Below are positions 28,348 through 37,248 of a DNA stretch of 51,216 bases, piece by piece. Under the pieces are notes generated by a model. That model saw nothing but the letters and a program-made list of their open reading frames with translations, was not told the origin of the DNA and did no database searches. Positions within the stretch are counted from its first letter, which is position 1. Each line of letters starts with the position of its first letter. The position numbers were made by a program, and so were the translations under genes. Origin of the DNA: an uncultured Alphaproteobacteria bacterium (GTDB lineage: Bacteria > Pseudomonadota > Alphaproteobacteria > RF32 > CAG-239); assembly GCA_944390035.1 (NCBI GenBank), contig CALXOP010000113.1, forward strand, positions 1 to 51,216. The letters are read 5' to 3'.

Positions 28348-31300
28348 TTATTTATTATACTTATTATAAAAGTCTTTTCCTTTTGGAAACTCTGTCATTT
28401 TTTGATTTACTTCCGCTTTTGTCTTTGCATTTGCTAACAGAGCTTTACAATCAGATAAACATTGCTCTTTTCTTTTGGCTCCTTGACATTGGGTTTGACA
28501 GCGCGCATTTCTTTGCTGATCGGTTATCTCTGCTGCTGCTTCTGCAGTTGCTTTTTCTTGAGCTCTTTTTTCGTAATTACATTTTGCACAAGCTTCTTTT
28601 GGTTCTCCCGTATCAAAGCATGTTTGCTTAAATTTTGCATCATTACATTGATTTATTTCTTTTGCTTCTGTATCTATCGCTTGAATACAGCTATTGATTT
28701 CTGCAATAGTAGATTTTCCAACACAGGCCTCACATTTACTTTTAAGAGCAATATAATCTCCAGTATATCTAGAACATTGCTGTTTTAGCGTATTCTTTTG
28801 CTCTTCACTTATTGTTTGAGTTTTCTCCTCTGCTTGTTTCTTAGATTCCTTTTCATCCTTTTCTTCCGCCGGTTTTTCTTCCGTTGGCTTTTCTTCAGTC
28901 TTTGTTCCTTTCAAAGCATTTGTCATACTCTCGGCTGTCGGACGATTGTACTTATTTACCAACTCTGTACTGACTTTATTGCCTTTAGAATCGTAGGTTA
29001 TCTTATTGCCGTCAGCGTCGGTAACGACCTTTGAACCATCTTTGTTTTTGACAATGGTAGAGCCATCTTTGCCCGTAATTGTGGTCGTACCATCCGTACT
29101 GATTACAGTAGTCGTTCCGGTAGATTCATTAATGGTCTTGATACTGCCGTCTCCTAAGTTCTGGATAGTCGTATCTCCACTCTTTGTCTCACTCTTGACA
29201 TAGCCTGCCGTTTTTTGGAAAGCCTCTTGCTCGGCTTGAGCTTTCTCTTCACGTTTGGTTTCCTCACTTCTGAAGTCAAATGCACCATTCTTTTGTCCTT
29301 GGGATACCGTATTCACCCCTTCGGTGACTGCCGTACCGACACCAAAGCCTACACCTAAGATGGCGCCCAGTGCACCATCACCACCGATGGATTGACCTTC
29401 TTTTGCTGCGGTTGCCGCTGTATTAACAGACTTGGCAGCATTAGAGGTGATATTACCAACTTTGTTAATACCTGACAGGATTGTCGCACCACCGCCGGCA
29501 CCATCGTTTTCCAGCCATTTATTAACGCCAGTCTTTTCACTTTCCAAAAATTCTTTATTAACCTCCAGCTGTTCTTTTTCTACATCACTACAGTTACCTG
29601 CATCGCATTTCTTCTGCAGAGCATCCGTTTTTTCTTGAACTTTCGCCACTGCTTCTCTTGCAGCATTGGTTGAGCCTGCATCTTTAATGTTGCTGGAGAG
29701 CTCACCTGCGTTGGTTGCTATATTATTGGCCAAGGTTTGACCTGAGCTAACAATACTTCCGGTCGCATTGGCAACAGCTCCCGCGGCATTGATAATACCA
29801 TCTAATCCACCGCCACCGGCTTTAATCTGTGCTTTCATATTAGAAACCGTGTTAGCAACATTAGTGACGGTTGTTTTGGCTGCCTTATACATATCACTGG
29901 CATTTCGAACAGCACTTATACCTGCTTGAATTGAGCCTTTTAAATCTTTGAGTGACCATTTTTCTTTTTTATAGCTTTGATCAATTCCTGTTACCGTGAC
30001 TTCCGGACAAAGATAGCTGCCATCCGCTGCCTTCGCTGCTCCTTCGCCACTTCCGCCGGCACCACAATTATAAACCTGCCCGTCACTGCCTTGAATATCC
30101 GTAAATCCGGCCGGCAAATATTTACCAAAACGTAAAGTACCATCCTTGCCGGTTGTGAAATATTCAATAAACGGCGTCATCATTGACAGCAAGAATAAGC
30201 CTATACCAATATTAGCTAAGTGCTTAAAGCTCATCTTACCGAAAATGGCTGCATAAGCCAAGGCAATCATACCAAAACCTGATATAATATAGGCAATAAC
30301 TCGCAAGTCAGCCAAAGTAATCATTGCCTTACATGCAATCAACAAGAAAATGTTTCCTTCAGCCTCACTACACATCTTTGGTGCTGCAGATTGAGCAGAT
30401 GCAATATCTTTCTTGGCATCTGCCAGCTCTTGGTCGGCACTTGCGGCTTCTGCCAAAGCATTTTCTTGCGCTGCTTCTGCTGCTATTTCAGCATCTCTTT
30501 CATCCATATATTCTTGTGCAGCAACGTCTTCATCCTCTGCATTAAAAGCTGCTGCTTTTTGGTTGGCATTATCTAAGGCACTTTGTGCACTGGAGGCTGA
30601 AGCTCGAGCCGCTGCCAAATCTGCCAAATCATCATCATCGCATTTGCCTTTGGCACATTTTTCTTCTAATTTTTCAATTTCTTTGTTTGCTTTCTTTAAG
30701 TCTTTTTCAGCTTGTTTTTGTTCTTTTTCTATGGCCTTTTTCTGTTCTTTTTGCTCTTTTTCGAGGGCCTTTTGCTGTTCTTTTACCGCATCGTCCATGG
30801 CATCAATTTGTTTTTCGGCGGTCTTATCCAGCTCTTTGTTAGCCTTTTTTACATCTTTTTCAACGTCTTTTTGTGCATCTTCAGCTTTTTCAAGGTTCTC
30901 TTTAGCTGCCTTTAAAGCCTCATTAGCGGCCTTCATTTCTTCCGGAGTTGTGGCATTCTTTAATTTTTCTTGTGCTGCTGTATAGTCTTGACGGGCAATA
31001 TTGGTCTGCGCCTGCATATTAGCAACACGCTCATTATTTTGAGCCTTTTGTTCTGCTAATTTTTTCTGAATTTCCGCAACATTGTTATCTCTTACTGCTT
31101 GTGTATTTTGTTGCTGGTTTATTCTATTTTGCTGAGCATCATAAATTTCTTGTGCTGCCTCATTTCCTCCAGTGGCATTATATCTTGCTTGGTTTTTGGC
31201 TATAGTGTTTTGCGTCTCCTTGTCTAAGGTTTGCCAACCACCAACTGCTTCTTCCTCGGGAGCTTCTTCTTCAATAACTTGAGACATGTCTATTTGAGCT

Positions 31301-31734
31301 AGCTGGTACGAAGATGAACTTGCTGCACTGTTAGAATTATTTGCGGCTGGAGTTGAGGATGTCGCCGGGGTTGAGGATGCCGCCGGAGTTGCACTACTTT
31401 CATTAACTGTTACTTTAGGGCCACTATTTTTCTTTTGTTCATATTCTTTCTTCTGTTTTTCCGCATATTGCTTTAATGCTACAGTTTGATCTGCCGCATT
31501 ATTCAACTGCTCTACCAAGGCATTGGCTTCTTCTTCCGAACAATTAGGGTCTGCATCACAATCTGCTAATTTTTGTGACAACTTATCCCATTCTTGGTTG
31601 TATTGCCCTGCCATTGCATTGGTTATATCATAATTTCTTACAATCTGAGCATAAACGTCTGACGATTGCATCAAAACACAAACAGACACGATTAACAGGC
31701 TTATGCTTTTCAATAGATTAGATATGTACTTCAT
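28348..31734 (-). CDS. Giant protein (1128 aa) with an internal VirB2/TrbC-like hydrophobic hairpin flanked by ~450-aa and ~560-aa hydrophilic arms
   Basis: Signal peptide (..QSSDVYAQ). At nt ~30150-30355, IAYIISGFGMIALAYAAIFGKMSFKHLANIGIGLFLLSMMTPFIEYF aligns with ILGGFGLVGIAYSAILGKVKWSWFAGLAVGLAILAAAGSIVEY (32248..32586) and AVSGFGVVAIAVGAFFGTMNWKWLVAIIIGLFVIASTAGIINY (31759..32208). The N-arm is a Lys/Glu/Ala/Gln coiled coil. The C-arm is Gly/Ala/Thr-rich and ends in a Cys-rich tail. GGGAGG SD sequence upstream. Confidence 0.75.
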   Translation of the reverse strand: MKYISNLLKSISLLIVSVCVLMQSSDVYAQIVRNYDITNAMAGQYNQEWDKLSQKLADCDADPNCSEEEANALVEQLNNAADQTVALKQYAEKQKKEYEQKKNSGPKVTVNESSATPAASSTPATSSTPAANNSNSAASSSSYQLAQIDMSQVIEEEAPEEEAVGGWQTLDKETQNTIAKNQARYNATGGNEAAQEIYDAQQNRINQQQNTQAVRDNNVAEIQKKLAEQKAQNNERVANMQAQTNIARQDYTAAQEKLKNATTPEEMKAANEALKAAKENLEKAEDAQKDVEKDVKKANKELDKTAEKQIDAMDDAVKEQQKALEKEQKEQKKAIEKEQKQAEKDLKKANKEIEKLEEKCAKGKCDDDDLADLAAARASASSAQSALDNANQKAAAFNAEDEDVAAQEYMDERDAEIAAEAAQENALAEAASADQELADAKKDIASAQSAAPKMCSEAEGNIFLLIACKAMITLADLRVIAYIISGFGMIALAYAAIFGKMSFKHLANIGIGLFLLSMMTPFIEYFTTGKDGTLRFGKYLPAGFTDIQGSDGQVYNCGAGGSGEGAAKAADGSYLCPEVTVTGIDQSYKKEKWSLKDLKGSIQAGISAVRNASDMYKAAKTTVTNVANTVSNMKAQIKAGGGGLDGIINAAGAVANATGSIVSSGQTLANNIATNAGELSSNIKDAGSTNAAREAVAKVQEKTDALQKKCDAGNCSDVEKEQLEVNKEFLESEKTGVNKWLENDGAGGGATILSGINKVGNITSNAAKSVNTAATAAKEGQSIGGDGALGAILGVGFGVGTAVTEGVNTVSQGQKNGAFDFRSEETKREEKAQAEQEAFQKTAGYVKSETKSGDTTIQNLGDGSIKTINESTGTTTVISTDGTTTITGKDGSTIVKNKDGSKVVTDADGNKITYDSKGNKVSTELVNKYNRPTAESMTNALKGTKTEEKPTEEKPAEEKDEKESKKQAEEKTQTISEEQKNTLKQQCSRYTGDYIALKSKCEACVGKSTIAEINSCIQAIDTEAKEINQCNDAKFKQTCFDTGEPKEACAKCNYEKRAQEKATAEAAAEITDQQRNARCQTQCQGAKRKEQCLSDCKALLANAKTKAEVNQKMTEFPKGKDFYNKYNK

Positions 31735-31758
31735 ATTAGCCTCCCTTGTCTGCGTATT

Positions 31759-32208
31759 TTAGTTCGCCGTTACCAGGCTGTCGGTTATCATTTGATCCGT
31801 GATAACTTCACTGTCAACCATATAGTTAATTATTCCGGCGGTTGATGCAATCACAAATAATCCGATAATAATTGCAACCAACCATTTCCAGTTCATCGTT
31901 CCAAAAAAAGCGCCAACGGCTATGGCGACAACACCAAAACCGGATACGGCATATATGATTTCACGCATACCGCCAAAAATCTCTATACCTTTATTGGTTA
32001 AGTCGCTGAACAAAACGCCGTCTTCTGCGTAAGAGTTTGTTGCAAATAAAATTGAAGAAACAGCAAACATCATTACTGAAAGAACAAGAAATTTCTTTAA
32101 TTTTACGCACAACATCTTCTTATCCTTTTTTTGCAAACATTGTTTTATGTTGGTAAATAAGGCAACAAAAGGGAAGGCGTGTGGTTGCTTTTGATTTAAG
32201 TTTTCCAT
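31759..32208 (-). CDS. virB2: VirB2/TrbC-like pilin-family protein with long leader (149 aa)
   Basis: A strong SD sequence (GGGGAGGG) lies 4 nt before the ATG at 32208. The leader is long, with a hydrophobic core FLVLSVMMFAVSSILFATNSYA. Two C-terminal hydrophobic helices have the same pattern as the neighbouring paralog. Confidence 0.7.
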   Translation of the reverse strand: MENLNQKQPHAFPFVALFTNIKQCLQKKDKKMLCVKLKKFLVLSVMMFAVSSILFATNSYAEDGVLFSDLTNKGIEIFGGMREIIYAVSGFGVVAIAVGAFFGTMNWKWLVAIIIGLFVIASTAGIINYMVDSEVITDQMITDSLVTAN

Positions 32209-32247
32209 AATACCCTCCCCTTTGTTTGCTATGCAGTTACCTGCTGA

Positions 32248-32586
32248 TTAAATATTACCAAATGTGGTGGTTAAGCCTGATTCGGTAGAACCGGTTGCAT
32301 ATTCAACGATTGAACCTGCTGCTGCCAAAATTGCCAAACCTACGGCCAAGCCTGCAAACCAAGACCATTTTACTTTACCTAAAATAGCTGAGTAAGCAAT
32401 ACCTACCAAACCGAAACCACCTAAAATAAAGGTAATGGTTTTAACACTATCAAATACGTTACGTGTTTTCGTTTGCGCCGTATTCATCAAGCTGGCGCCA
32501 TCCGCCCAAGCTTCTCCACAAAAACCCATTGCTACAATCAAGGTCAAGCAGCAAAGAGTTAAAATGTTTTTCTTTATGAATTTCAT
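32248..32586 (-). CDS. virB2: VirB2/TrbC-like pilin-family protein (112 aa)
   Basis: Signal peptide ending ..EAWA. Two hydrophobic helices are separated by the short basic loop GKVKWSW. It is the first gene of the virB-like locus. AAGGAG SD sequence upstream. Confidence 0.75.
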   Translation of the reverse strand: MKFIKKNILTLCCLTLIVAMGFCGEAWADGASLMNTAQTKTRNVFDSVKTITFILGGFGLVGIAYSAILGKVKWSWFAGLAVGLAILAAAGSIVEYATGSTESGLTTTFGNI

Positions 32587-32872
32587 TTTCTTTCTCCTTA
32601 ATAAATCGCAAAACTTCTTATACTCTTTTAGGATAGCTAATTTTTGGCTTTTTGACCAGAGGAAAGAGCAATCCTTAAAATCTTATAACCGTTTGTTTTT
32701 GCTAGATATATTTTCCTGTAACAAAAAATTCACAGAACTGAAACATATCTAAACACCTTATTTTTAATGCTAAAAGGTAAATTTTTCTCTAACACGTGAT
32801 GCTTATTTTTTATTTTGCTCTGCATCATTTTAGATTTTTTGCATGCAATTTGTGCATAATTTTATATCTGCC

Positions 32873-32901
32873 TTGCCAAGAGTCGTATATTGAATTATCA
32901 A
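32873..32901 (+). promoter_or_regulatory. Candidate sigma70 promoter for the pilus-cluster operon
   Basis: TTGCCA - 17 nt - TATCAA, about 24 nt upstream of the ATG at 32925 (SD sequence AGAGGGG). It lies in a 338-nt AT-rich divergent intergenic region that also contains the palindrome TGCATGCA (about 32840-32848). Confidence 0.4.
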
Positions 32902-32924
32902 GGCTTTAGAGGGGTTTTATTTTA

Positions 32925-34865
32925 ATGGGAAAAACAGGTTTAAAAACTTTTGTTTGCAGCTTTTCTTTCTCTTTGCTTGCCTTTGTTTGGGCCGGTAAGG
33001 AGTGGTTGACTGTATCTCAACCCTCACAAAATGAAATTATTATTCCCAATAAAAATATATCTCTGTTTTTTAAGGATACACCAACCAAAACGGTTGCTTC
33101 AAAAGCTATTCCCATTAAAAAAATCGCCCTATCCGTCCCTCACATTCCGGAAGCTCAGGATAAAAAAACTCAGGAAAACAATATAGTTATTGCCAAAAAA
33201 GATTTAATTCCCCTCACCTTTGCCGATAACAATATTGACTTAGACATTGAGCCGCAAGACATTGATTTGAATCAAAATCAGACCAAATCAATTGCCCCTG
33301 AAAAAGTCGATGTTCCAACTACGCCTAAAATTGTGCAAAATTACTCTGAATTTATTGCGCACAAGCCTGAAATTGAAAACTCAGACATTAGCGAAACGGA
33401 TGATAATCTCTTTGATGCAAAAATGGATGAAGCCTTGGCCGGCAAGACTTTGCAGGCAAAAGTACAAATTTTGCGTCCTAATGCCAAAAACGTACAAAAA
33501 GCGCTTAAGCTGTCTCAAGCTCCTGCTGAGGACAACATCCAACTTGCAAGCAAAGAAAAAGAAATTATTCCTATCATTGAAAACAAGAAAAAGAAGTCCG
33601 AACTTAAAGACAACATCAAACAAGCTGAGCCGGAAAGCCACGTGATTGCCATGGTGCCGGATAAGCCTGTTGCAGCGCCTCAGAAAGAGGACAACCTGCC
33701 AGCAAAACCCTTGCCTCCGACTTTTAAGGTGGCTCGCGCTAAGACCAATCCGGACAACCAGTTAAAAATAGCTGAAAGACAAGAAACTCCTGCCGTAGCA
33801 GCCCATGAACCTAAAAACCTCCTTATTCCTCTTGAGACGGACGATAACACTCCGTTAAAAGAAAATGCAAAAATTGCTACAGCTCTGGAGAATAACAAGC
33901 TGGCCATGCTTAATGCAAAGGCCTCCATTCACAGTATGGAGCAAAAAATAGCCGCAAACGATACGTCCGGCGATATTGACACTTCAGATGAGGAGTGGCA
34001 GACAATGGCTGAAAGAAACGGCGAGCCCGTTAACGCTTGGGTAGCCGCAAGAGGCGCCGGACATATTGCAAACAGCAAAATTAAAGATGAGCAATATTAT
34101 AAATCTGCCGACAAAAAAATACTTAAAAAGGTTTTAAGCGATGAAACCAAACCGCAAACCGCGAAAAGCGATGTTCAACTGGCATCCGAAACGGTAGATA
34201 ATTTGCTTATTCCTATTCCCGAGGATATTTTAAATGACCCCAACCTGACCCCTCAGCTGGTATCCTCACCTCAAGGCAAAGAATTGGAAGAAAAAATAAC
34301 AGAGCAAGAAAATCAAGCCTATGGAACAACAGCATCCAAAAAGAAAAAAGTCAACGATACCACAAAAAAAGAAGTCCAATCTGAAGACAAAGGCTTATTG
34401 CAAAGTATTACTTCTATTTTTAAGAAAGATACAGGTAACGAACAAGCAAATGACGAAGGAGATTCAGATAGCTTTTTTGACCGCCTTACCAAGAAGGCTC
34501 AAAAATCAGAATATTCAGGAAAAATTCTTCCCACAGAAATTCGTTTGGCTTTTCAACCTAATCGTGCCGAAATTTCAGGTGTTACGCTCAAGTGGCTTCA
34601 GGCTTTTGCCAACAAAATAAATGAAGATAAAAATGCAGGTTTGGAAATTCGTATTGACGGTAGCAGCTCTTATGAACTGCAACAAAAACGCCTCAATCTT
34701 CTTAACAATATTTTAGCCAGCAACGGGGTCGATTTCAGCAAAGTCAATACGATTTTTACAACCCGAGAGCCAAACTCTTTTATTATACGAACAGTTCGGA
34801 TTAACAACTCTAACGAAAGCATGGAGGAAAATAATGATTGGCAGGATTATTACAAGGTATGGTAA
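32925..34865 (+). CDS. Membrane-anchored/secreted Lys/Glu/Pro-rich protein (646 aa) with a degenerate OmpA/MotB-like C-terminus
   Basis: N-terminal hydrophobic segment FVCSFSFSLLAFVWAG. A long low-complexity middle region follows. The C-terminus IRLAFQPNRAEISGVTLKWLQAFANKINEDKNAGLEIRIDGSSSYELQQKRLNLLNNILASNGVDFSKVN follows the OmpA_C layout loosely. Confidence 0.6.
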   Translation: MGKTGLKTFVCSFSFSLLAFVWAGKEWLTVSQPSQNEIIIPNKNISLFFKDTPTKTVASKAIPIKKIALSVPHIPEAQDKKTQENNIVIAKKDLIPLTFADNNIDLDIEPQDIDLNQNQTKSIAPEKVDVPTTPKIVQNYSEFIAHKPEIENSDISETDDNLFDAKMDEALAGKTLQAKVQILRPNAKNVQKALKLSQAPAEDNIQLASKEKEIIPIIENKKKKSELKDNIKQAEPESHVIAMVPDKPVAAPQKEDNLPAKPLPPTFKVARAKTNPDNQLKIAERQETPAVAAHEPKNLLIPLETDDNTPLKENAKIATALENNKLAMLNAKASIHSMEQKIAANDTSGDIDTSDEEWQTMAERNGEPVNAWVAARGAGHIANSKIKDEQYYKSADKKILKKVLSDETKPQTAKSDVQLASETVDNLLIPIPEDILNDPNLTPQLVSSPQGKELEEKITEQENQAYGTTASKKKKVNDTTKKEVQSEDKGLLQSITSIFKKDTGNEQANDEGDSDSFFDRLTKKAQKSEYSGKILPTEIRLAFQPNRAEISGVTLKWLQAFANKINEDKNAGLEIRIDGSSSYELQQKRLNLLNNILASNGVDFSKVNTIFTTREPNSFIIRTVRINNSNESMEENNDWQDYYKVW

Positions 34866-34934
34866 CGCCTTGGTAATAAGTTGCGCCTGACGCTTGATTA
34901 TTTATTTTTCAATATGTATGATAGGTAAAAAAAT

Positions 34935-35630
34935 ATGACAAAATATAGCTTAGGAATTAAAATTATGCGCATAAAGCTTCGGTTAATTACCGGATTTTTT
35001 GGATTATTTACCATCACGGGATGCTTAGGAACTCTAAATCATCCTGTTCAGTTGCCTCCGGATGCTGTTGAATGTGATGAAAGCGGGAACAGAGTTTGCA
35101 CCGAAGCAAATTCTGCTTTTCAACCTGTCGGCGCTCCACAGGACAGTGAATTTGTCAATTATACACAAGTTGCTGCCGATTATAAAGAGTATGGCGAAAG
35201 AGTACCCAGAGACCAAAATATTGTTGACGGCGGCGCCGGAAGCAATATCTCTGCCGCTGTTCCACCAACAGTAGAAAGCGAAGTTGTTGATTACGAGCAA
35301 GAAATTAGTGAATCCTCCGGAAACAACTCCGGAAATGACTCTGAATATACGGCCGAAGATCCGGTTGAAGATTGGCTAGCCGAAGAAGGACAAACACTCA
35401 AAGGCTTGTTGACAGAGTGGAGTGAAAGAGCCGGCTGGCGTTTAATTTGGAACTCAAATCGTAACTATACGCTAACGGCAGGAGCTATGTTCAGAGGTCG
35501 TTTTGCAGATGTCAGCGCCGCTCTTATCAGAGCGTTTGCTCGTGCGACACCTGCTCCTATCGCTACATTTTATAAAGGTAACCGCGTCTTAGTTGTTGAG
35601 ACAATGGAGGATGAGAATGCTTATGAATAA
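34935..35630 (+). CDS. pilL: PilL/TcpQ-domain lipoprotein (type IVb pilus)
   Basis: Lipobox FTITGC. The C-terminal block GQTLKGLLTEWSERAGWRLIWNSNRNYTLTAGAMFRGRFADVSAALIRAF matches the TcpQ/PilL pattern. An alternative ATG is at 34965. Confidence 0.65.
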   Translation: MTKYSLGIKIMRIKLRLITGFFGLFTITGCLGTLNHPVQLPPDAVECDESGNRVCTEANSAFQPVGAPQDSEFVNYTQVAADYKEYGERVPRDQNIVDGGAGSNISAAVPPTVESEVVDYEQEISESSGNNSGNDSEYTAEDPVEDWLAEEGQTLKGLLTEWSERAGWRLIWNSNRNYTLTAGAMFRGRFADVSAALIRAFARATPAPIATFYKGNRVLVVETMEDENAYE

Positions 35631-37236
35631 AATTACAAAATACAGCTTAGGCGCATTATTGCTTGCAATTGCAGGCTCTTGTTCTTTGTCCACCAAAATG
35701 GATGCAACAGTAGAACGTGAGATCGAGGCTACAACCAAGTTAAAAGAAGTTGCTAAAATTCCGGATAAAGTCCTTAATGATGATGTTGTTCGGGTAAAAA
35801 ATGATATTTGGCTCGGTGATACCAGTCAAATTGAATATGACGGGCAACCTATTCCGGCTTATTTAGAAGGAAAAGACGGTATTACCTTGATTAGTAATCG
35901 TCCGATTACTTTATATGAAATCGGTGATATGATTAATAAGATTACCGGATTGCGTGTCAGCTATGCAACGCATTTGGAAAAAGACGTATTAGCAAATGCA
36001 GCTAAAAATAAGCCAGATGCGGCTTCAATTAACGTGGATTGGACCGACCCGAGCAAAATGCTGGTCTCTTACCAAGGACCATTGAGCGGTTTGTTAAATG
36101 AAATCGGTTCTCGTTTTGGAATTTGGTGGAAATATGACCGCAAAGAAATTTATTTCTACAAATACCAAACCAGAACGTTTGTTTTGTATAGTTTACCAAC
36201 AGCTCCGCAAGTTTCGGTTAACGTGGGCGGTTCGACACAAGGTTCAGGCGGAACATCGCAAATTTCTTTAACCAGCGGTGCTAAGATGGATTTTTGGAAG
36301 AATATTGAAAATTCCATTAAAAATATGTTGGATAAAAATGCAAAGTACACCATGGACCCATCTAACGGCACGATTTCGGTTACCGCTACGCCCAACGATA
36401 TTAAAAAAATCGCTAAATTTATTAATGAGCAAAATGTCAGATTATCAAGACAAGTCGCCATTAGTATTAAAGTTTTGCAAGTCAGTATTGATGATAGCGA
36501 CCAATATGGGTTGGATTTATCTGCCATTTGGAAAGACCCAACAGGTGACAGCGTCGGTGTTTCAAGTATCGCAGGAGGTTTAGGTCAAGATGTTACAAAG
36601 AACTTGACCATGACTTTGTTGCCGGGAAATGTGTCGATTGATGCCTCACTTCAGGCTTTATCTACACAAGCTACAACAAACTTAATTACCAGTGGTACGG
36701 TTACAACCTTAAACAACAAGCCGGCACCGATTCAAGTTGTTAAGACGCAAAATTACATTTCTGAAATTACCAAAACGAATAGTGGCGGTGATGCAAGTTA
36801 CTACGACGTGTCAACAGAAACTGAAGAAATTGAAACCGGTTTTACGATGGACGTGTTACCCAGAATTTTGGAACATGGACGTTTGATGCTTATGTTTAAC
36901 TTAACTTTGTCGGATTTGATTTCTTTGGAAAAAGTCAGCCTGGATGACCGTGCAGACGGTGAGACCAGCGCAGGTGGCGGACAATATATTCAAAACCCGA
37001 TTATCGAATCTCGAGGATTTACGCAAGAAGTAGCCATGAAGTCCGGACAATCTTTGGTTTTGACCGGTTATGAACGTGTTGAAAATACGACAGAAAAATC
37101 AGGCGTTGGCTCTGCAGATAACTCTCTGTTAGGCGGAACGGCAAAAGCCGGGAAAGTAAGAAGTCTGTTAGTGATTATTTTAACCCCTGTTGTTTTAGAT
37201 TCGCCATTATCACCCGAATCAAGGATGAAAGAATAA
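35617..37236 (+). CDS. pilN: PilN-type secretin lipoprotein (type IVb pilus outer-membrane channel)
   Basis: GGAGGA SD sequence, then the ATG at 35617. Lipobox LAIAGSC. Secretin C-domain: ..ETGFTMDVLPRILEHGRLMLMFNLTLSDL...IESRGFTQEVAMKSGQSLVLTGYE...VRSLLVIILTPVVL. Confidence 0.8.
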   Translation: MLMNKITKYSLGALLLAIAGSCSLSTKMDATVEREIEATTKLKEVAKIPDKVLNDDVVRVKNDIWLGDTSQIEYDGQPIPAYLEGKDGITLISNRPITLYEIGDMINKITGLRVSYATHLEKDVLANAAKNKPDAASINVDWTDPSKMLVSYQGPLSGLLNEIGSRFGIWWKYDRKEIYFYKYQTRTFVLYSLPTAPQVSVNVGGSTQGSGGTSQISLTSGAKMDFWKNIENSIKNMLDKNAKYTMDPSNGTISVTATPNDIKKIAKFINEQNVRLSRQVAISIKVLQVSIDDSDQYGLDLSAIWKDPTGDSVGVSSIAGGLGQDVTKNLTMTLLPGNVSIDASLQALSTQATTNLITSGTVTTLNNKPAPIQVVKTQNYISEITKTNSGGDASYYDVSTETEEIETGFTMDVLPRILEHGRLMLMFNLTLSDLISLEKVSLDDRADGETSAGGGQYIQNPIIESRGFTQEVAMKSGQSLVLTGYERVENTTEKSGVGSADNSLLGGTAKAGKVRSLLVIILTPVVLDSPLSPESRMKE

Positions 37237-37248
37237 GGAATTATTACA

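Noticed and set aside
30413-30985. 190-aa plus-strand ORF (Ala/Ser/Phe-rich), plus neighbours 30585..30842 and 30712..30915
   Set aside because: They are antisense to the Lys/Glu/Ala coiled-coil region of the 1128-aa gene. GAA/AAA/GCN-rich sense codons automatically give open Phe/Ser/Ala antisense frames.
32587-32924. Specific operator or regulator-binding site in the divergent virB2 / pilus intergenic region (palindrome TGCATGCA and nearby TGCATAAT)
   Set aside because: Short AT-rich palindromes are expected by chance in a 338-nt AT-rich spacer. Without a second occurrence elsewhere or a known regulator, this is not supportable. Only the -35/-10 candidate is listed as a feature.
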